From contig JAULAX010000005.1 in the NCBI GenBank assembly GCA_032654565.1, forward strand, positions 96,001 to 160,000: a stretch of 64,000 nucleotides of DNA, given 5' to 3'. This document shows positions 61,260-64,000 of the stretch, in pieces. The stretch comes from Anaeromyxobacteraceae bacterium (GTDB lineage Bacteria > Myxococcota > Myxococcia > Myxococcales > Anaeromyxobacteraceae). Within the stretch, counting starts at the first letter, position 1, and each line of letters begins with the position of its first letter. Below the pieces are notes generated by a model. The model made no database searches, had not been told where the DNA came from, and worked only from the letters and a program-made list of their open reading frames with translations. The position numbers and the translations under genes are program-made.

Positions 61260-62099
61260 CTATTGCTGGCAGCGACGGCACCAGTAGGTCGACCGCCCCG
61301 CCTGCACCAGCCGGGCGACGGTGCCGCCGCAGCCGGCGTGGCGGCAGCGGGCGCCGGCCCGCTCGTAGACGTGGAACGGGTTCTCGCCCCCCGCTTCCAC
61401 CAGCACCAGCGGCCCATCGCCGAGCGCTTCGAGCCCGGCCAGCCCAAAGCGGAGCGAGGCGCGCACCGCCCGGGCCAGCCGCGCCACCTCGGCAGCCGAG
61501 AGCGAGTCGCCGCGCCGGCGCGGGTCGAGCCGGGCCCGCCAGCAGGCCTCGGCGGCGTGGATGTTGCCGACCCCGGCCAGCAGCGACTGGTCGAGCAGCG
61601 CCACCTTGACGGCGCGCCGGGTGGCGGCGAGCCGGGCGCGCAGCCGGCCGAGATCGATGGGCGCCGCCATGGGGTCGGGCCCCAGCGCCGCCAGCTCCGG
61701 CCAGCGGTCGAAGCGGGCCCCCGGCACCAGCCGGAGCCGCCCGAACATGCGCGGGTCGGTGTAGTGGACCCGGGCGCCGTCGTCGAGGTTGAGCGTCAGC
61801 CGGGCGTGGCGCGGCGCCGGCTGGTCGCCTTCGAGCCGCACCCACGCGCCGGTCATGCCGAGGTGGGCGTTGACGCCGAGCGGTCCGCGCCCGGCCTCGA
61901 GCGTGAGCAGGAGCTGCTTGCCGTGGCGGGCCACCGAGGCCACCCGGGCGCCGGTGAGGGCCCGGGCGAAGCCGGCCGGCGTGCCGGGCCGGAAGAGCCG
62001 GCGGGCCCGCGCATCGCAGGCCACCGCCGCCAGCCGACGCCCGCCGAGCCAGCGGCGCAGCTGGCGCGCCGCCCACTCCACCTCGGGCAGCTCGGGCAC
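61260..62099 (-). CDS. mutM: Fpg/Nei DNA glycosylase
   Basis: MPELPEVE, HLGMTG, DPRMFG, LLDQ...GVGNI, C-terminal zinc finger. Confidence 0.92.
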   Translation of the reverse strand: MPELPEVEWAARQLRRWLGGRRLAAVACDARARRLFRPGTPAGFARALTGARVASVARHGKQLLLTLEAGRGPLGVNAHLGMTGAWVRLEGDQPAPRHARLTLNLDDGARVHYTDPRMFGRLRLVPGARFDRWPELAALGPDPMAAPIDLGRLRARLAATRRAVKVALLDQSLLAGVGNIHAAEACWRARLDPRRRGDSLSAAEVARLARAVRASLRFGLAGLEALGDGPLVLVEAGGENPFHVYERAGARCRHAGCGGTVARLVQAGRSTYWCRRCQQ

Positions 62100-62194
62100 C
62101 TAGCGCCCCCCTCGGTGCCGGCAGCCTCGCGCCGGTGCCGGTCCTGCCGCGCTCGCCGGCACCGAACCGCTCACCGCGCCCGCCGGCACCACGG

Positions 62195-63745
62195 TCAGCC
62201 CTTGCGCCGGGTGAACGCCGCCATGAAGAAGCCGTCGGTGCCGTGGCGGTGGGGGAGCAGCTGCAGGGTGTGGCCGTCGACGCCCAGCGCGGCGGCCCGC
62301 TCGGCCCCCAGCAGCGGCAGGAGCGGCGCCGGGTCGAAGGGGAGCGTGGCGGCGATGAACTCCGCCACCGCCCCGTTCTCGGTCCGGCCGATGGCGCAGG
62401 TGGCGTAGACCAGCCGCCCGCCCGGCTTCACCAGGCGTGAGAAGCGCTCCGCCAGCGACTTCTGCAGCGCCGCGAACTTCTCCGGGTCGCCGGGGGCCAG
62501 CCGCCAGCGGGCGTCGGGCTTGCGCCGCAGCGTCCCCAGCCCGCTGCACGGGGCGTCGATGAGCACCACGTCGGCCTGCCCGGCCAGGTCCTCGAGCTGG
62601 GCGTCGGCCGCCCCGTCGGCGGCGATGGCCCGGACCCGCAGGTTGTCGACGCCATCGCGCCGGGCCCGGCGCCGCGCCTCCTCGAGCCGCCCGGCGTCGG
62701 AGTCGAGCGCCCAGAGCGTGCCGCGGTTGCGCATCTCGGCGGCCAGCGCCAGCGACTTGCCGCCGGCCCCGGCGCAGGCGTCCACCACGGTCCAGCCGGA
62801 GCGGGCCCCGCAGCACAGGGCGATGAGCTGCGAGCCCTCGTCCTGGATCTCGAAGCGGCCGGCCTTGAAGCTGGGCAGGGCGAAGGCGTTGCGGTGGCCG
62901 TCGAGCGTCAGCCCCCAGGGGCTGAAGCGGGTCGGGGTGGCCTCGGTCCCCTCGGCGGCCAGCGTCGCCCGCAGCTCGTCGCGGGTGCCGCGCAGCAGGT
63001 TGGCGCGCACGGTGAGCGGGGCCCGCTCGTTGAGCACGCTGACCAGGGCCACCGCCTCGGCCTCGCCCAGCTCCTCGACGAAGCGGCGGGCCAGCCAGAA
63101 GGGGAGCGAGCCGCGCAGCGCCAGCCGCTCGACCGGGTCGGTGAGCGCCGCCAGCCGGCCCTCGGCCCCGGCCAGGCCGCGCAGCGCCGCCGCCGGGACC
63201 GCCAGCCGCCGCGCCGCCACGTCGGCGGTGGAATCGCCGAAGCGGACCAGCCAGCCGGCGTAGCGGGTGGCCAGCGACGGCGGGGCGCCGCCCGGGCCGG
63301 CCAGCAGCCAGTCGAGCTGCCCCTGCCAGCGGGTGATGCCGTAGACCGACTCGGCCACCGCCCGCCGCTCGGCGGCGAAGAGGCGCGACTCGCGCAGCGC
63401 CCGCTCCAGCGCCCGGTCGGCCAGCCAGCCCTGGTCGTGGACCAGCCCGTGGACCTGCAGCACCGAGGCGTCGATCTGGTCGAGCCGGAGGGGGCGGCTG
63501 GCGGGGTCGGTCTCGACCCGCTCGACGCGGCGCCCGCGGCGAGGAGCCTCGGCGCCGAGGCCGCGCGGCTTCTTGCCGTGGCCACCCTTGCGGCTCCCCT
63601 GCCCGCGCTGCCCGCCCCGCCCGGCGGCGCCGCCGGCGCTGGCGCCACGCGGTGAGCCGGCGCGGACCGGCGCCTTGCCGTGCCCCCGGCCGTGCCCGGT
63701 CCCGGTCTTCACCTTGCTGCCGCCGCTCTTCTTCTCGCTGGTCAC
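62195..63745 (-). CDS. RsmB/NOP family RNA m5C methyltransferase
   Basis: QDEGSQL, DACAGAGGKS, DAPCSG, YATC, TDGFF; basic low-complexity N-terminus. Confidence 0.92.
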   Translation of the reverse strand: MTSEKKSGGSKVKTGTGHGRGHGKAPVRAGSPRGASAGGAAGRGGQRGQGSRKGGHGKKPRGLGAEAPRRGRRVERVETDPASRPLRLDQIDASVLQVHGLVHDQGWLADRALERALRESRLFAAERRAVAESVYGITRWQGQLDWLLAGPGGAPPSLATRYAGWLVRFGDSTADVAARRLAVPAAALRGLAGAEGRLAALTDPVERLALRGSLPFWLARRFVEELGEAEAVALVSVLNERAPLTVRANLLRGTRDELRATLAAEGTEATPTRFSPWGLTLDGHRNAFALPSFKAGRFEIQDEGSQLIALCCGARSGWTVVDACAGAGGKSLALAAEMRNRGTLWALDSDAGRLEEARRRARRDGVDNLRVRAIAADGAADAQLEDLAGQADVVLIDAPCSGLGTLRRKPDARWRLAPGDPEKFAALQKSLAERFSRLVKPGGRLVYATCAIGRTENGAVAEFIAATLPFDPAPLLPLLGAERAAALGVDGHTLQLLPHRHGTDGFFMAAFTRRKG

Positions 63746-63802
63746 GGCGCCACTCTACCCGAACGGCCCGGGCGGCTCGTCCCCGCGGGCCGGGAGGGGC
63801 TC

Positions 63803-64000
63803 CTAGAGCGCCCCGAGCACGCCGGCGACGTGGCCGGTCACCTTCACCTTCGGGAAGACCTGCTCCACCTTGCCGTCGGCCCCGACCACCACGGTGGTGC
63901 GGATGGTCCCCATCACCTTCTTGCCGTACATCACCTTCTCGCCCCAGACCCCCCAGGCCTTGTGGACCGTGAGGCCGGGGTCGCAGAGCAGCGGGAACGG
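63803..64000 (-). CDS. bcp: Peroxiredoxin Bcp (C-terminal part; start outside the window)
   Basis: Manual translation PFPLLCDP...WGEKVMYGKKVMGTIRTTVVV...VKVTGHV. Confidence 0.88.
   Translation of the reverse strand, partial: PFPLLCDPGLTVHKAWGVWGEKVMYGKKVMGTIRTTVVVGADGKVEQVFPKVKVTGHVAGVLGAL

Overview
Very GC-rich chromosomal window whose gene content suggests an Anaeromyxobacter-like myxobacterium (inference). It is mostly housekeeping and metabolic genes: fadJ/fadI, tandem OPT transporters with pepT, ycaQ-like, gloA, queF, pepA, hisC, gluQ, malQ, tkt, nadE, ppk2, frr, pyrH, pcnB, rnhB, mutM, an RsmB-like methyltransferase and bcp, plus two Ser/Thr kinases and several uncharacterised lipoproteins. 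Two mobile-element loci stand out. (1) An apparently intact IS110-family element (about 58357-59952). Its ends, AG(G) core, predicted circle-junction promoter and a two-loop bridge-RNA-like region with guides matching its own target and donor sites can be read directly from the sequence. (2) A RAYT-like HUH transposase (4839-5723) with a sigma54-type promoter, flanked by a GACCGAGRGTA repeat that recurs as a transposase-free cluster about 26 kb away. Most of the long ORFs in the supplied track are GC-driven shadow frames. No rRNA, tRNA or CRISPR array was recognised. All calls come from manual motif recognition; no database searches were run.
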